A program made the position numbers and the translations under genes. Below the pieces are notes generated by a model that saw only the letters and a program-made list of their open reading frames with translations, was not told where the DNA came from and searched no databases. Positions 25,060 through 27,886 of a stretch of DNA of 27,886 bases are shown piece after piece. Source of the DNA: a virus (taxonomy: Duplodnaviria; Caudoviricetes); the IMG/VR virus record IMGVR_UViG_3300032608_000546, positions 1 to 27,886 of that record. One strand, written 5' to 3'. Positions within the stretch are counted from its first letter, which is position 1; each line of letters starts with the position of its first letter.

Positions 25060-26163
25060 CTATATGAAATTCAAGTGCATGGGCGGTTCTACATCAGGCA
25101 ATTTTAAATCGTCTAGCCCTTTTTTGTGATTGTCCAAAACTTTGTTGGTGCAATGTTGCAAACAAAGAGTTGAACATGTTTTTTGAGCGTCAAACTTATC
25201 GCTTGCTAGTTCTTCCATAATCTTCCAGTACTTTTCTGAATTAACAATATCCTTAAACCGTTCAGTAACAAAATTACCTATATGATATTTTTTAAATTTT
25301 TCATGGAATGTCATCCCACAAGGACTGACCAGGCCACTGCCTGATATTTGAAGGTGAAAAGACGGCCCATAGCACTGTTTATAACTACGAATATTTGCAT
25401 CTTTAATTTTATTCCATTTGATTATAATTTTCGTTTGATCGTTAGACATTTGCTCCGCTTTTTCCAAAGTAGAATAAAGTTCTTCATACTTTGAATAATC
25501 CACACCAAGCGAACCTTCGGTATCGTCAGAACAATGTTTAATAATTAAATAATCAACTTTTGTTGCCAATGCCAATTCACACAAAGGAATAATGTCATCT
25601 TTGTATTCTGGTTTTAAAACCATTTGAAGCCCTACGGTACAATCAAGACCTCTTTCAATTTTGGTATCAACTGCATCTAAAATATTCCATTTTACTCTAT
25701 GAAACATCTCTTCTTTAACTCCATGAATTTTTGCGTACCTCTCCGGCTCTCCTGCCGAGATATTAAATCTTAAATAAGTTAAATCAGGCATTATTTGATT
25801 AAGTATTTTTTTAGTAAATAAAGAACCGTTTGTTCCCAATGCCATATCTATTTTTTTAAATTTTCCATAATTGATAACGAAAGGATAAATAGGATTACAA
25901 ATTGTTTCCCCATCACTCACTAATGAAATTGCCTTAACTCCCATTTCTGAACAGTCATCTAAAAACTTAACCATGACTTCCATGTTAATCGGTTCTCGTT
26001 TATTTTCTTGAAGCATTCCAAAACAGTATTCACATTTAAAATTGCAAACCCTAGTTAATGCCATATCTATTGTTATTGGATAAATTCTTTCTCCGTTTTT
26101 CCATTTTTTCAATATATCTTGATGCCACTTTATTTTTGAATTATCTAACATTAAATCTTTCAT
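25060..26163 (-). CDS. Radical SAM protein with SPASM/Twitch-like C-terminus
   Basis: CNFKCEYC, DGET, TNG, CYGP...SGSGLVSPC...IGN...CSTLC. Confidence 0.92.
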   Translation of the reverse strand: MKDLMLDNSKIKWHQDILKKWKNGERIYPITIDMALTRVCNFKCEYCFGMLQENKREPINMEVMVKFLDDCSEMGVKAISLVSDGETICNPIYPFVINYGKFKKIDMALGTNGSLFTKKILNQIMPDLTYLRFNISAGEPERYAKIHGVKEEMFHRVKWNILDAVDTKIERGLDCTVGLQMVLKPEYKDDIIPLCELALATKVDYLIIKHCSDDTEGSLGVDYSKYEELYSTLEKAEQMSNDQTKIIIKWNKIKDANIRSYKQCYGPSFHLQISGSGLVSPCGMTFHEKFKKYHIGNFVTERFKDIVNSEKYWKIMEELASDKFDAQKTCSTLCLQHCTNKVLDNHKKGLDDLKLPDVEPPMHLNFI

Positions 26164-27113
26164 AATTTATCCTTAACCTCCTCGATGCTTATCGCCTGGT
26201 TGCCTTCTTTTGAAATTGCTATAGAAGCCATAATCCCAGCTAACTTGCAAGCATGCTCTACTGTAGCATTGCTACATAATGCCATTGCAAACATAGATAA
26301 CATAGAATCTCCTGCACCGATCGTATCCAATGGAGCATTGTTTATGGCCGGATAATACCACATACCCTTTTCCCCATAGAATTTAAATCCCTTGCTTCCC
26401 ATAGTTAAACAAACATTCTTTGCTCTAGTTTTATGCTTTAATTCTTTTATTAATTGATCAGGAGTGCTTAATTCATCTCTCAGGGCTATCCTGGCCTCTT
26501 TTTCCGTAGGAGTTATTAAATAAAAATCCTTAAATTTTAATACATCTCCAACTTGTGAGCTACATTGAGTATCACCAAATAATAATATATTATTTTTCTT
26601 TGCATACTTGATAACAAAATCTAATATTCCAGGGGTAATAATTCCATAATTAAAGTCACTAATAATAATTCCATCTAACCTGCCTCTATTTCTAATAATA
26701 TTTATTATATTGTTTTCTATTTTTTCATCTATATAATGCTCATCTAGCTTGCTTAATCTTAATATCTTTTGTCCGTCTGCCAATATTCTAGTTTTTATTG
26801 TTGTCCTTCTTGCATTATCAAAAAAGAAAAATGTTTTCACATCATTATTTAAATTAAATTCATTTCCTTGCCGATCATTTCCTAAGACTGTTATAAATGT
26901 TGGATTCCCACCCAATGCTTTTATGTGCTTAGATACTATGCCAGCACCACCAACATATTGAGTTGTTTCTTGCTCTTTAATTACTAATAATGGACCTTCA
27001 CTAGACTTGCCAATGGCTGTGCCTTTTATATATTCATCTAAAATCAAATCTCCGAGAACTAGTATGTTTTGGTTTTTGAAATTATCAATTACAGAATGGA
27101 GTCCCTTATCCAT
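26160..27113 (-). CDS. PfkB-family sugar kinase, HldE/RfaE kinase-domain-like
   Basis: ILVLGDLILDEY, SSEGP, GGAG, TTIKTRI, ISDFNYG, ITPTEKEA, DTIGAGDS. Confidence 0.9.
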   Translation of the reverse strand: MDKGLHSVIDNFKNQNILVLGDLILDEYIKGTAIGKSSEGPLLVIKEQETTQYVGGAGIVSKHIKALGGNPTFITVLGNDRQGNEFNLNNDVKTFFFFDNARRTTIKTRILADGQKILRLSKLDEHYIDEKIENNIINIIRNRGRLDGIIISDFNYGIITPGILDFVIKYAKKNNILLFGDTQCSSQVGDVLKFKDFYLITPTEKEARIALRDELSTPDQLIKELKHKTRAKNVCLTMGSKGFKFYGEKGMWYYPAINNAPLDTIGAGDSMLSMFAMALCSNATVEHACKLAGIMASIAISKEGNQAISIEEVKDKL

Positions 27114-27143
27114 AATTTATTTTATACAATATATTCTATTTAA

Positions 27144-27392
27144 TCAATTTAATTTTTTCTTTTTCTTATATTTCTTTTTATCATGCTCATATACTTTATC
27201 CCATCTAGTCCATTTGAGATACATACGCCCTCTGTCCATACTTATTACCATATTATCAGTATCAATGTGCAAAATTGATTGGAATGAAGGAGCATGACCC
27301 TCGCAACTAAACCAAGTTACAATCCCTGCTTTATTTAATTGATAAACCAATTCCCTCATACCTTTATCTACTTCTTTATAATTTATTTGCAT
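27144..27392 (-). CDS. Hypothetical protein with SCxGH motif
   Basis: VDKGMRELVYQLNKAGIVTWFSCEGH; SD AAGGAG. Confidence 0.6.
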   Translation of the reverse strand: MQINYKEVDKGMRELVYQLNKAGIVTWFSCEGHAPSFQSILHIDTDNMVISMDRGRMYLKWTRWDKVYEHDKKKYKKKKKLN

Positions 27393-27609
27393 TTATCAAA
27401 CTCCTTCTACTTTGTTGATTTCGTTGTTTCCCATAATTTATTATTATGCCATTATGGCTTATTCTTATTTCAGGGCTTACATTCTTAATATTAAATTTTG
27501 CTTCTTGTTGTTCGTTACCATTGTCATCATAACTACAAAATGTAATATTATTTAATTGTTTTACTAACTCTGCTATTTTTTTATTTACTTCTTTGTCTGT
27601 TAAATCCAT
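27376..27609 (-). CDS. Hypothetical protein
   Basis: Likely ATG 27609 after AGAGGT. Confidence 0.55.
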   Translation of the reverse strand: MDLTDKEVNKKIAELVKQLNNITFCSYDDNGNEQQEAKFNIKNVSPEIRISHNGIIINYGKQRNQQSRRSLINANKL

Positions 27610-27654
27610 TTTAATCACCTCTTTATTTAACTCCTTCTACTTTTTATTATCCTC

Positions 27655-27886
27655 GCCTTGCCTTGCCCTGCCTTGCCATGCCTTGCCTGTGATGCCCTGC
27701 CACGCCCAGCCGAGCCCTGCCGCGCCTGTGGTGCCGCGCCCTGCCGTGCCGCGCCATGCCTGTGATGCCTCGCCAAGCCATGCCCAGCCGAGCCCTGCCA
27801 CGCCACGCCTGTGATGCCCGGCCTTGCCCTGCCCCGCCTTGCCTCGCCGCGCCTGTGATGCCCGGCCCAGCCTCGCCGAGCCCTGC
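27655..27886. repeat. Punctuated (GCCNN)n array, truncated by window edge
   Basis: 37 GCCNN pentamers in blocks of 6, 6, 5, 8, 7, >=5 separated by GCCTGTG(A/G)T at 27685, 27724, 27758, 27807, 27851. Confidence 0.95.

Noticed and set aside
3496-27297. Other short plus-strand ORFs (e.g. 4642, 9767, 12322, 14211, 19828, 21635, 27007)
   Set aside because: Overlap well-supported minus-strand genes and have shadow-like composition.
27655-27886. CRISPR array, or the 27593..27814 plus ORF as a real gene
   Set aside because: Constant unit is only 9 nt, spacers are themselves periodic, no cas genes seen; the ORF is a by-product of the stop-poor repeat.

Overview
AT-rich fragment of a tailed dsDNA phage or prophage with almost all genes on the minus strand. 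In transcription order (right to left): a GC-rich punctuated (GCCNN)n array at the window edge; a biosynthetic cluster (HldE/PfkB-like sugar kinase, radical SAM/SPASM enzyme, PLP aminotransferase, and an acetolactate-synthase-like ThDP enzyme split into three domain-sized ORFs with an HNH endonuclease inserted); a sigma-region-4-like HTH gene; small and large terminase; a Mu-like head module (portal-MuF fusion, protease with nested scaffold, cement, major capsid); a glycosyltransferase-like cassette inside the structural region; neck genes, tail tube, a frameshifting tail chaperone pair and a TP901-type tape measure. No sheath gene is visible, so it is probably a siphovirus. Most striking: the TerL P-loop carries a 307-aa intein whose homing-endonuclease slot holds an HNH gene on the OPPOSITE strand, with its own RBS and candidate promoter, while the intein frame stays open across it. 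A fixed-spacing multipartite motif precedes five structural genes and is a candidate late promoter. All family calls come from motif recognition by eye, not database searches.
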